From: a virus
Taxonomy: Duplodnaviria > Caudoviricetes
Strand: one strand, 5' to 3'
Length of the DNA stretch: 24,632 bases
Virus record (IMG/VR): IMGVR_UViG_3300048762_000128
Coordinates: 1 to 24,632 of that record
Both the position numbers and the translations under genes were made by a program. This document shows, piece by piece, positions 8,685 to 16,813 of this stretch; position 1 is the first letter of the stretch; every line of letters begins with the position of its first letter. The notes under the pieces were generated by a model, which was not told where the DNA came from, searched no databases, and was given only the letters and a program-made list of their open reading frames with translations.

Positions 8685-8919
8685 GGGGCATCTCCTTTGC
8701 TATGAGAATCGGGCTCGGACCCGGCGGCACATGAGCCCCGACAATGGAAACCTGCGCGCCCATCACGTAGGCGGCCACGCGCATATCGCAGGTCGCACAA
8801 TAGCCAGTCTGAGGGTGCTCGATGATAATGAGGCTCAAGCCTGGGCGGTTAATCACCTGGGGATCGCTGACGGCCGGAATCTCAATCTGGCTTTGACACT
8901 TCGAGCAAATAAGCTTCAT
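8671..8919 (-). CDS. Small Zn-ribbon protein
   Basis: CSKC...CATC, with ATGA coupling to the upstream ORF. Confidence 0.6.
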   Translation of the reverse strand: MKLICSKCQSQIEIPAVSDPQVINRPGLSLIIIEHPQTGYCATCDMRVAAYVMGAQVSIVGAHVPPGPSPILIAKEMPLVHG

Positions 8920-9104
8920 TTTCCGATCTCCGGATCGATCCGCTTGAGGATCAGCAAGACGTTTACCTTGGCGCCGAACCCAATGCCCACCTGATACGCA
9001 CTCTGCCCTAAGAGTTCAAACTCCTGGGCGCTGGCGTCCAGCTTTGCCTCGACCTCATCCAGCGCGCAGAGGATCACTTTGTGGCGAACTCTGGGTCTAG
9101 CCAT
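8916..9104 (-). CDS. Hypothetical protein (62 aa)
   Basis: Overlapping start/stop chain within the operon. Confidence 0.55.
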   Translation of the reverse strand: MARPRVRHKVILCALDEVEAKLDASAQEFELLGQSAYQVGIGFGAKVNVLLILKRIDPEIGK

Positions 9105-9393
9105 CGGTTAGGGCCTTCATCCCATCCACTGCCCGCCGCAGCCTCTCATGCCAATCCTCGTGGCGCTCTGCCTCATCCGGAGGCAGCGCCGCGCCGCACT
9201 TTTCACAGATGGCAAAAACCGGCTCGGTCTCCCCATCCTCATGCGCGATCGTTGCGGCCACGACGGCGGCCAGGAAAAGACCCGATGCTATAAGCGCCTG
9301 GATGATCTTTTCCGGTTGCGCGGTATAGATCAGAACCACGAAGAAAACGCCGGCCAGGATGGCCCACAGATGCCACTTCTTAAAGCGTCTCAA
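9097..9393 (-). CDS. Membrane protein with a C2H2-like Zn finger
   Basis: SD GAGGAGG, TTG adjacent to the portal stop, two TM segments and CEKC..HEDWH. Confidence 0.6.
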   Translation of the reverse strand: MRRFKKWHLWAILAGVFFVVLIYTAQPEKIIQALIASGLFLAAVVAATIAHEDGETEPVFAICEKCGAALPPDEAERHEDWHERLRRAVDGMKALTDG

Positions 9394-11730
9394 TCAATCC
9401 TCCTCAGTTGGTTTGAACTTCGATGCCGTGAGCCAGCACCTACAGAACGGATGCGCGCCGGGAGCCCAGATCATCGGGGCGAATTCATAACCCACGGGAA
9501 CCGAGCCCAGCATGGAAAAGCTGAAGCAAAGCGGACAGCAGCCCAGATCCGCCACCGTCCAGGTGTACTCAAGAACCTTACCGCTTGAGAGCCAACTCTG
9601 TAAATGGCCGCTTGCCTGTTGCCGGGTGATCTCATTATCCGCGATCATGGCGGCGTGATCCTCGCTGAAGAGATCAAGCTGTTGGATTCCGGCCTCAAGG
9701 TCCGCCGGGCTCCAATCCTCTCGGATGGCCTGCTTGATCGTTTCCAGGACGTTAGCCTTGGCGGTCGTCGACATGGCCCATTGCGCCGCCGGATCCTCCA
9801 CCAGCGCGCCGGTATCATCTTTCTTGAGGCCCACCAGCTCCGCCGCGCGATCGGCGGCCGCCGCCTTGGCCTTCCCCAGTGAAACTTCGAGGACATCATT
9901 CAGGTTGGCGCCCTGGTGGGCTGCCATCTGATAAGCGCCGGCCTCGGCACCCTGCCCGGCCGCCTCCTCCATGTAAGGCAGTACGGCGGCATAAAGATCC
10001 GGATACTGCCATTGCAGCATGGCAAGAATCACCAGAGCCTTGTTCCGATCATCCTCGGCGTCGCCCTTGGCAAGCTTTCCGCCGCCGACCGCCTTCTGAG
10101 CGATGTACTCGCCCCGTGCCGCCTTGGCGACCCTCATCCCCTGGTTCTTCAGGAATTGGCCCAGCTTGCGATCCATGGCCTGGCGCGCTTGAGTGCTCCG
10201 CGGCGTCAGATCGCCGGCCACGATCTTGAGGGCGGCCGCCTTCCGAACCTTGTTTCGGGCCGCGCCGGATTGTGGCTGCTGCCCCTTTGGCGGCGTTCCA
10301 TCATCCTCCGGATCCGCATTAGGATCGGCGACCGGCGCATCCAGCGGAACAAAGCCGGTTGCCGTGGTGATTCCCGGTATGGCGCCCTGGGGAACGCCCA
10401 GCGGATCATCTCCATTGGCCTCCCGGATCTCATCCCTGGTGTAGGTTCCCGAATTGATGTAAGCGACGTCCACCTGGCTTTTTTTGAGCGGATCCACCTC
10501 GCGCGCATCGGCGAAGGCAAACTCTACGTCCTCCGCGCCCAGGCCCAACTCGATCACCCGATTCAGTTCAACCTCGATGTGCTTCAGAATCGGCTCCAGG
10601 CCCTCCTCCTGGCTCGTGTCGGTTTGCTCCTTGTTGGTTGACTGGTGGCCAACCTGCTTGACCAGATTCGATGGCGAAATGCCGAAGGCGAAGGCTACAA
10701 CCCGGATAAGGTACTCGTCCGTGGTATCCGTGAGCGCCTCGGTCTTTGAAAACTGGATGCCCTTTTTGGTGTCCGGAACAATGAGAATCCGGCGCTTGCG
10801 CTGCAAGTTGCCGGCCAGGATCGAATCAAACCAGTTTTGGAATTCCTTGATCTGTTTCGTGTCCCACGTCTCCGGGACACTCAAGAGGCCCTCGGGGACG
10901 TTGCCGCTGGTGTAATAGCTCCGAAAAAACGTCTGGCGGTTGGCAGCAATGGCGAGCGTGGTGACCATCTGCTCGATCGGACCGAAGCCCCACCGGCTGT
11001 TATTCCTCGGGTTCATCGGCGAGTAAAACAGCGCATCGGCCGCGAAGCCCTTTTCCGATCCCTTTCCGTCTTTCGTCTTTTGCCAGCCCGCGGCGATCAT
11101 GTTCGAGGTGGGGATCCCCAGAATGATCTGCTGAAAGGCCGGGCTCGGCGGCATCGGAACAAAGCCCTGTTGATCGACCAGCGGCGTGATCGTTGTTCCG
11201 CTGATTGTTCTGAGAGCCATCACGTCCCCCAGCATGTTCTGAACCGGGGAAATCACCGGCGCGTCATACACCAGAAGATCCTCCAGCCACATTCGGATCC
11301 ACTTATCGAAAGGGTGGTATCCATCCGGGAAGCGGAGCAACTTTGAGACGCGCGCCACGTTAGGCGTCGTACCCTCCCGCTTGAGCCTCTGGGCCTTGAG
11401 CTCGCCGGGCTGGGTCTTGACCCTGATCACCCAGGGCCGGTTGACAACCTGGTTTTTTCTACGCTCGATGATCAGCCGGCAAAGGTCGAAGCTGTTGGCC
11501 ACGTTGTTTAGTTGCTGAAAGGTGATGGGAGAATCGCCGCGGGGCGTGAAATTGAGGTTGATCCCGGGGCGGAAATCCCAGGTTCGGACGCCGGTGGCAA
11601 GCTGGGCGGTTGGCCGGATCGGATTATTCGGGCTCGCCCAGGATGATGGGTTGACGCCCTCAATCAGCGTGCCGGCCGGCCGGAACATCGGCGCGAAGGC
11701 CTCTTGTACGGATTTCACGAAACTGGCCAT
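9394..11730 (-). CDS. Portal protein fused to a head-morphogenesis (SPP1 gp7 / Mu gpF-like) domain
   Basis: SD AGGAGAGG then ATG 11730. Portal motifs LEDLLVYDAP, GFGPIEQ, YYTSGNVPEGLL, AFAFGISP and GTYTRDEIRE..GDDPL. C-terminal W..ADLGCCPLC...PGAHPFCRC. Confidence 0.9.
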   Translation of the reverse strand: MASFVKSVQEAFAPMFRPAGTLIEGVNPSSWASPNNPIRPTAQLATGVRTWDFRPGINLNFTPRGDSPITFQQLNNVANSFDLCRLIIERRKNQVVNRPWVIRVKTQPGELKAQRLKREGTTPNVARVSKLLRFPDGYHPFDKWIRMWLEDLLVYDAPVISPVQNMLGDVMALRTISGTTITPLVDQQGFVPMPPSPAFQQIILGIPTSNMIAAGWQKTKDGKGSEKGFAADALFYSPMNPRNNSRWGFGPIEQMVTTLAIAANRQTFFRSYYTSGNVPEGLLSVPETWDTKQIKEFQNWFDSILAGNLQRKRRILIVPDTKKGIQFSKTEALTDTTDEYLIRVVAFAFGISPSNLVKQVGHQSTNKEQTDTSQEEGLEPILKHIEVELNRVIELGLGAEDVEFAFADAREVDPLKKSQVDVAYINSGTYTRDEIREANGDDPLGVPQGAIPGITTATGFVPLDAPVADPNADPEDDGTPPKGQQPQSGAARNKVRKAAALKIVAGDLTPRSTQARQAMDRKLGQFLKNQGMRVAKAARGEYIAQKAVGGGKLAKGDAEDDRNKALVILAMLQWQYPDLYAAVLPYMEEAAGQGAEAGAYQMAAHQGANLNDVLEVSLGKAKAAAADRAAELVGLKKDDTGALVEDPAAQWAMSTTAKANVLETIKQAIREDWSPADLEAGIQQLDLFSEDHAAMIADNEITRQQASGHLQSWLSSGKVLEYTWTVADLGCCPLCFSFSMLGSVPVGYEFAPMIWAPGAHPFCRCWLTASKFKPTEED

Positions 11731-11782
11731 GATCACCCTCTCCTAATCGGGTCGGAACCCGCTCAGAGGCATGATACCAGTC

Positions 11783-12109
11783 TTACTCCTCCGCGATCGG
11801 CTTCGCCCAGACGGAAGCATTGACCAGCGGCGCGCGCGACCAGCAAGCCTGGCATTGCGGGCATTGAATAATCACAACCTTTTCTATCGGATCGAATCGA
11901 AGGTCTTTCCGCCCCGCGAAACCACAGGCCAGGCAGAGCTCCCGCGGATTGATCCGCCGGCGCCGATAAGCCACCATGAGCCAGGGGAAACGCCGATAGA
12001 TCCAAGCCATCACCGGGACGATCCATCGGAGTAACGTGCCCAGCATCAGGGCCACCAGCGCGCAGACCGAAAGAAAGATTTGTGACCTCAGACCACCGGG
12101 AATGAGCAT
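11783..12109 (-). CDS. Membrane-anchored Zn-finger protein
   Basis: N-terminal TM segment, then CLAC...CPQCQAC. Confidence 0.6.
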   Translation of the reverse strand: MLIPGGLRSQIFLSVCALVALMLGTLLRWIVPVMAWIYRRFPWLMVAYRRRRINPRELCLACGFAGRKDLRFDPIEKVVIIQCPQCQACWSRAPLVNASVWAKPIAEE

Positions 12110-12357
12110 TTGCCCTCTTCTCTGACCAGCTCCTGGGCTTTCAGCGGGAAGATCCGGAACCCGAACAGCGAGAAAAGCGGGAGCCTATACCCGTTGCGCT
12201 CACTGAATAAGGCCTCACACCATGGGGCCTTCAAGATCAGCCCATCCCCGACGCATCGATAGAAAGCAATTCCTGGGCCTGGTGCGATCGAAGCAAAGGT
12301 GAAGGGATTCCAGGTCGCCTGGATGCTCCACGGATCGCGTTTGACTTCGATCCTCAT
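12088..12357 (-). CDS. Hypothetical protein (MRIEVKRDPW...)
   Basis: ATG 12357 forms an ATGA overlap with the upstream stop. Confidence 0.55.
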   Translation of the reverse strand: MRIEVKRDPWSIQATWNPFTFASIAPGPGIAFYRCVGDGLILKAPWCEALFSERNGYRLPLFSLFGFRIFPLKAQELVREEGKCSFPVV

Positions 12358-12530
12358 AGATCGACGCCCCTCCCCGGCTTGGGATAGTGCTGGCTCACCA
12401 GCTCGCCGCAAAGCGTACAGCGCCAGACGCCCTTTGGCCCCGTAAGATGCACATTCCCATGAGGGCATGTCGCATCTTTCCGCAGGACGCCGGTGATGAC
12501 CGGCTTTTGCAACTTACCGGGCTTTTGCAC
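12354..12530 (-). CDS. Small Zn-finger protein (58 aa)
   Basis: SD GGGAGG then GTG 12530: MQKPGKLQKP...CPH...WRCTLCGE. Confidence 0.55.
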   Translation of the reverse strand: MQKPGKLQKPVITGVLRKDATCPHGNVHLTGPKGVWRCTLCGELVSQHYPKPGRGVDL

Positions 12531-12699
12531 AGTAATCCTCCCGATAGTGGCCCGCGATATTCCACGCCGCCAACTGCGCGCGCTGGTCTGGGGTAAGATT
12601 GCGCTCAAGGGCCGCAACGAAGCCCCACATGCCGATCTTCCATCCGATGAAGACACCGACGAGCAAACAGCCGGCGCCCGTGCCAATGGCAAGCAACAT
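12514..12699 (-). CDS. Small membrane protein
   Basis: TGATG coupling and a hydrophobic N-terminus. Confidence 0.55.
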   Translation of the reverse strand: MLLAIGTGAGCLLVGVFIGWKIGMWGFVAALERNLTPDQRAQLAAWNIAGHYREDYCAKAR

Positions 12700-12878
12700 C
12701 AGCGGCCTCCCATGCGGTCAACGTGCGCGCGCCAGGCGGCGCGCTCCATGCGACGGCGGCGCCAGCCGGCCAGGATGTATGCCACGATCCGGAGGGCCAC
12801 AAAGAGCCCCACAATCGCCGCAACGAAGGCAATCCCGAGCACCAGGGTCGCGGTCGCATCATGCCAGTTATCTACCAT
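12699..12878 (-). CDS. Small membrane protein (59 aa, not in the ORF track)
   Basis: SD GGAG then ATG 12878: MVDNWHDATATLVLGIAFVAAIVGLFVALRIVAYILAGWRRRRMERAAWRAHVDRMGGR. Confidence 0.6.
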   Translation of the reverse strand: MVDNWHDATATLVLGIAFVAAIVGLFVALRIVAYILAGWRRRRMERAAWRAHVDRMGGR

Positions 12879-13105
12879 CTGAGTTGCTCCTTTGCGATTG
12901 GCCGGCCGCGGCCGTGCTCCTCGGCATGTTCGCGGCCGCGAACCTTGCGCTCCGCCTCCGCCTCCAGTTCATCCTCAGGCGTAACCACGATCCAGTCAAG
13001 CCCACATCCGTTGCATATCCTTTGGCGATCCCCGATCCTCGTCGCCGGCGCACCGCAGCCGGGGCATTCCTTCAGATCCTCAGTCGCCACGATTCCCGAG
13101 CTCAT
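12872..13105 (-). CDS. Zn-ribbon protein
   Basis: LKECPGCG...RICNGCG, with ATGA coupling. Confidence 0.6.
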   Translation of the reverse strand: MSSGIVATEDLKECPGCGAPATRIGDRQRICNGCGLDWIVVTPEDELEAEAERKVRGREHAEEHGRGRPIAKEQLRW

Positions 13106-13392
13106 GATGCCTTCGCCTCGGGGATCTTCTCAAGCACCCAAAGTGTTTTCGCGTAAACGATCAGGTAGGCGGACCCACGGAGCATACCGCCTCGGGTCGC
13201 CCTGGGCTCGGCCCTGAACTTGATCGCCTTGAGTATTTCGCACCGCCTGGCGCAGTCAGGGCAGAGCCGGTAACTAGCAGTGAATGACTGAGCCATATTG
13301 CCCCGCGCACCAGGCTTCAATTCCCAAACCGCGATCGTCATGCCCTCGATCTGGCAGGACGCGCACTTCGCCAACAAATATCCGTTGCTCAT
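13102..13392 (-). CDS. Zn-finger protein (MSNGYLLAKCASC...CPDC)
   Basis: TGATG overlap at 13390-13394 and two CxxC pairs. Confidence 0.55.
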   Translation of the reverse strand: MSNGYLLAKCASCQIEGMTIAVWELKPGARGNMAQSFTASYRLCPDCARRCEILKAIKFRAEPRATRGGMLRGSAYLIVYAKTLWVLEKIPEAKAS

Positions 13393-13733
13393 CACTCGCC
13401 CCCTCTGAGCTCTTCCCAGAGCTCGCCGCCTTCCGTGTTCAGCGCCTCGATCCGGGCCTGTACGGTGAAACTCTCCGGTGTGCTGCATTTCGTTGCCTCT
13501 CTTCCCGGCAGTGGATGCCCTTCGCACCATTCGGGTGAAGACAAACATAAAGGAAAGGCGCCGGATCCGCCGCAGGCACCGCAGGCCACATTGTCTTCCG
13601 GATCAAGGCAGCAGCAGCAATCCTCGCCGCAGTCGTGCGACGTCACGCCTTCGCCTCCACAATGCTCACATTCTTCAAACGAGATACTTGAGCCGCACCG
13701 CCCGCACATCCATTCGGTCCGCTCACAGGGCAT
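13392..13733 (-). CDS. Cys-rich protein with DnaJ-type CxxCxGxG motifs
   Basis: CGRC, CEHCGGEG, HDCGEDCCCCLDP and CGACGGSG; 15 Cys in 113 aa. Confidence 0.7.
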   Translation of the reverse strand: MPCERTEWMCGRCGSSISFEECEHCGGEGVTSHDCGEDCCCCLDPEDNVACGACGGSGAFPLCLSSPEWCEGHPLPGREATKCSTPESFTVQARIEALNTEGGELWEELRGGE

Positions 13734-13908
13734 GGGGCGCCTCCTGGATCATGGCGCGCACGATCTTCTGGATGCGCCGGTGCTCCCACTCTAGCTGAAA
13801 GAGCATGCGGTCGACAGTGGCCGCCGCATCGCGCTCGGGAAACTGAGCCCGGCAGCGTTCGAGGAGTTCATCTTCAAAAGCGATGTTGGATTCCAGGACC
13901 GTCTTCAT
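13723..13908 (-). CDS. Hypothetical protein (61 aa)
   Basis: SD GGAGG and ATGA coupling. Confidence 0.55.
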   Translation of the reverse strand: MKTVLESNIAFEDELLERCRAQFPERDAAATVDRMLFQLEWEHRRIQKIVRAMIQEAPHAL

Positions 13909-14156
13909 CTCAACCTCCAGCGAATCCGCGGCGACGTGGTCCCGGACCAGGGAAACTCGTGCAGAAAACAGTAGACAGCGGCCTGGTCGATTGCATCAGC
14001 GCCGTCGAATGCTTTGCCTTCCCACGTGGCGAACGGTGGCCGTGATTGCTCATATCCTTTTGGCCAGCGTGTAAGAATTGGCAGCGCCACGATCTGGCCG
14101 CCGCCAAGGTCGTAAACTTTCCACATTTTCGGGAGTTTGAATTCCTCAGTTCCCAT
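13905..14156 (-). CDS. Hypothetical protein (83 aa)
   Basis: SD GAGG immediately after the TerL stop. Confidence 0.55.
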   Translation of the reverse strand: MGTEEFKLPKMWKVYDLGGGQIVALPILTRWPKGYEQSRPPFATWEGKAFDGADAIDQAAVYCFLHEFPWSGTTSPRIRWRLR

Positions 14157-14163
14157 GGTTTCC

Positions 14164-16410
14164 TCAGTTCTGGCCGGGCCTGGGCAGCCGGCACTTGAAG
14201 CAAACCTGCTTGTCGCCTATAGTAATCCAAACTTTCGACCCGCAGGAACAAATATCTCGATTCGATCCGTCAAAGAGGATCCGATTCTCAGGCAGCGCCG
14301 GCACATGCCCCGCCTTGGCGGCGCCCTCGGCCTCACCCTTGGCCCAGCCGGCCCATCCGCTCGTTCCTTCACATAGCTCCGTCACGGCCCACACCAGAGC
14401 GTCCATTCTATCGGGCGAGTCCTTATCCGTTGCCGGCGCCCAATTCGTCTGCTGATCCTCAAGTTTGGCCAGCATCCCGACATGATGGACGCGCCCCTGC
14501 TCATACATGGCGCTCACGGGCTCGGCACGGATCGCCTTGCCTCGACTTGCATGGACAGCCTTATAGGACACGTTGCTGTCCTGGGTGCGGAGATTGGCCT
14601 CCACCAGGTCCCCGCCATTGTTCACCTCACCAACGATGCGATCCGCCTGCCAGCGGTGGTAAGCCGTGATCGCCACCTTCGCCCACTCATCCGGGGTATA
14701 GATTCCGCTCAGATCCTCAAGCACGTACACATGCACCGGCTCGCGCCCATCGATCGCGGCCACGATGATGCCCGTCTCGTCGCTGTCCTCTTTGGCGCTC
14801 ACGGCCGGATCGATCGCCACGACAATCCGGATCAACGGCGGCGCCGTCCGGACGCGCGCGGCCTCTATCAGTGCCAAGTGGAAAAGCGCGCCGGGGTTGT
14901 CATCCAGCACCTCAGCCAGGAGCTCCTGGCGGCCCAGCCGCGTTCCCTCATATGCCGTGATGATTTTCGAATAGAAGCCCGGCGCCAGGTTGGGCCGGTT
15001 CTCGTACGTCGTGCCGCGGGTGACGATCACGGTCGGATTCTCACTCTTTGAATCCGCTATCAGCGCCTTGATCAGCTTGATCGGCCGCGGCGTCGTCGTC
15101 ACGACCGCCTGGGGACTGTTCCCGAGCCGAAGCCCAAACATGGCCTGGTCCCATGCCTCCTGGGCATATTTCCAAGAGGCAGGCTCATCACAATTGTGAA
15201 CAATTATGCCGTTGGCGATGAATTCGTGATCCCGTTCAACCGCTAGGTTGTAAACCGCCTGATTTCCAACGGGCTCCCAGGTTGACGCAACGCTGACTGC
15301 AAAACCCACCCTTGCGAGACTGGAAGGGCGCCGCGCAATAAAGACATATTCTGGCGACCTTCCTTTTCTCATCCGCGATCCTGCGGTGACAAACCACGCA
15401 TTTAGGCGCCCTCGTCCGAGCTTTGAGGATAAGCGCCTTCCCACACTTGCAACAGTTCGCCGGGTACCGACGCTCGCTGAGACCATGCTTCTTTCGGGTC
15501 GGAGCGTGAAGCGCTTGATGCTGCTGGTGTGTAAGGCATTCGAGGTTGCAGATGTCGTTATTTGACCTATTCCGGTCCCTGTGGTGAATCTTGCATTTCG
15601 GCGAAATAATCCCGTGCGCCCGCTCCCAAACCCAGCGGTGCTGATAAACCGCCCGTCTCTTTCCGTTGGGCCTTTTCTCGCCAATGTAGGCGAGAATGTA
15701 GCCGTCGCGACGTTTTGCCCAATGAATAGCCCGCCGAGTCTCGTCCATCCACAAGATGTTAACACCGGATGCTCGCTTGTCCCGATCAATTCTGAGCCAT
15801 TGGAAAAAGTAACTTTCCCGACCTCCGCGACACGCTCCAACACCGAGGCCACCGCGCTGCTTCCTTGTCGAGTCAACACTATATCTGCGGGACGCAAGGA
15901 TTCTATAGAGACTGGTCCCGACGGCGTGGCCACCATCGTCCCGGCAATAAAGCACCAGAGCTTCTGGTGCTGTTTGCCGCGGAGCCGGTCCGGCTCTTCG
16001 GCCGAGAATAGTAGCGTCCGGGATCCATCCGGCCAGGTGAGCCGGCGCTTTGATACCTGATATTTTGGCCGCTCGCCCCGCGGGCAGATGGCCAAGATTC
16101 CACTCTCGCCCTCCACCATCACGTCGCGGAGATCATCCGACGTCGGCGCAACAAAATTGACGCGGGAGTATCCCTGCCGTTTCCAGATCCGCACCGTCTC
16201 CGCGCCGGTGCGCGTCTTGCCGTATCCGCGGCCGGCCAGGATCAGCCAAACGGCCCACTCGCCCAGGGGCAGCGTCTGGTTCGGCCGCGCCCAGGAGGGC
16301 CAATCGTAAAAAAGCGCCTCAAGGTCTTGATCCGGAACTGATTCCAAAAGAGCCCGCAGGTCATTGGATGGTTTCCGCTGGAGCCTCAACCTGTCGAATA
16401 ATTCTCTCAA
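14164..16410 (-). CDS. terL: Terminase large subunit, intein-containing (ORF is open to ATG 16449; TTG 16410 is a plausible start)
   Basis: WARPNQ, Walker A AGRGYGKTR, EEPDRLRG, Walker B W/CDE restored after splicing, TTTPRP coupling motif, and nuclease motifs VAIDPA, DETGIIV, EVNNGGD and SPDRMDALVWA. Confidence 0.95.
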   Translation of the reverse strand: MRELFDRLRLQRKPSNDLRALLESVPDQDLEALFYDWPSWARPNQTLPLGEWAVWLILAGRGYGKTRTGAETVRIWKRQGYSRVNFVAPTSDDLRDVMVEGESGILAICPRGERPKYQVSKRRLTWPDGSRTLLFSAEEPDRLRGKQHQKLWCFIAGTMVATPSGPVSIESLRPADIVLTRQGSSAVASVLERVAEVGKVTFSNGSELIGTSEHPVLTSCGWTRLGGLFIGQNVATATFSPTLARKGPTERDGRFISTAGFGSGRTGLFRRNARFTTGTGIGQITTSATSNALHTSSIKRFTLRPERSMVSASVGTRRTVASVGRRLSSKLGRGRLNAWFVTAGSRMRKGRSPEYVFIARRPSSLARVGFAVSVASTWEPVGNQAVYNLAVERDHEFIANGIIVHNCDEPASWKYAQEAWDQAMFGLRLGNSPQAVVTTTPRPIKLIKALIADSKSENPTVIVTRGTTYENRPNLAPGFYSKIITAYEGTRLGRQELLAEVLDDNPGALFHLALIEAARVRTAPPLIRIVVAIDPAVSAKEDSDETGIIVAAIDGREPVHVYVLEDLSGIYTPDEWAKVAITAYHRWQADRIVGEVNNGGDLVEANLRTQDSNVSYKAVHASRGKAIRAEPVSAMYEQGRVHHVGMLAKLEDQQTNWAPATDKDSPDRMDALVWAVTELCEGTSGWAGWAKGEAEGAAKAGHVPALPENRILFDGSNRDICSCGSKVWITIGDKQVCFKCRLPRPGQN
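15193..15954 (-). mobile_element. Class 1 intein (254 aa) in the TerL Walker B motif
   Basis: Block A CFIAGTMVATPSG, block B GTSEHPV, block F VYNLAVERDHEFIANG and block G IIVHN with +1 Cys. Removing it restores KLW-CDEPASW. Confidence 0.95.
15236..15748 (-). CDS. HNH homing endonuclease with C-terminal Zn fingers, in the -1 frame inside the intein (frame open from 15955)
   Basis: DGY...VYQHRWVWERAHG...IHHRDRNRSNNDICNLECLTHQQH, then CCKCG, CVVC and CLYC...FCSQRC. Confidence 0.85.
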   Translation of the reverse strand: MDETRRAIHWAKRRDGYILAYIGEKRPNGKRRAVYQHRWVWERAHGIISPKCKIHHRDRNRSNNDICNLECLTHQQHQALHAPTRKKHGLSERRYPANCCKCGKALILKARTRAPKCVVCHRRIADEKRKVARICLYCAAPFQSRKGGFCSQRCVNLGARWKSGGLQPSG

Positions 16411-16813
16411 TGATGTCCCCCCGATCGACGGGCTGGAATAACGGGCCATCGTCGGCGCCGGTGGCCTCGAACCGATCCTTTTGGCCGCAAAGGTTTTTCC
16501 CCATCCAGATCAGGGCGGTAACGTTGCCGGCCATCCCCATCTCAAATTGCTTTCGACGCACGGAGGCGGAGCACTTGAGCTTCCCCAGCTCGTACTCCTC
16601 ACTGTAATTGCGCTGGAGGGTATCGACGCTGCAGCCGAGGAGCGCCGCGCATTCCCGCTGCGTGAGGCTCATGGATGCCATGGCAATCAGCTTTTTCTTA
16701 TCGATCCGCTTCGGAGGGCGGTCCGCCTGGATCGGGCCGGCCCGGCGCATCCGAAGTTTGCTCTTGGCCGTGACGGACATCTCGACAGGCCTGGAAAGAT
16801 CGTATTTAGACAC
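16361..16813 (-). CDS. terS: Terminase small subunit
   Basis: HTH TQRECAALLGCSVDTLQR and SVRRKQFEMGMAGNVTALIWMGKNLCGQKD. Immediately upstream of TerL. Confidence 0.85.
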   Translation of the reverse strand: MSKYDLSRPVEMSVTAKSKLRMRRAGPIQADRPPKRIDKKKLIAMASMSLTQRECAALLGCSVDTLQRNYSEEYELGKLKCSASVRRKQFEMGMAGNVTALIWMGKNLCGQKDRFEATGADDGPLFQPVDRGDIIERIIRQVEAPAETIQ

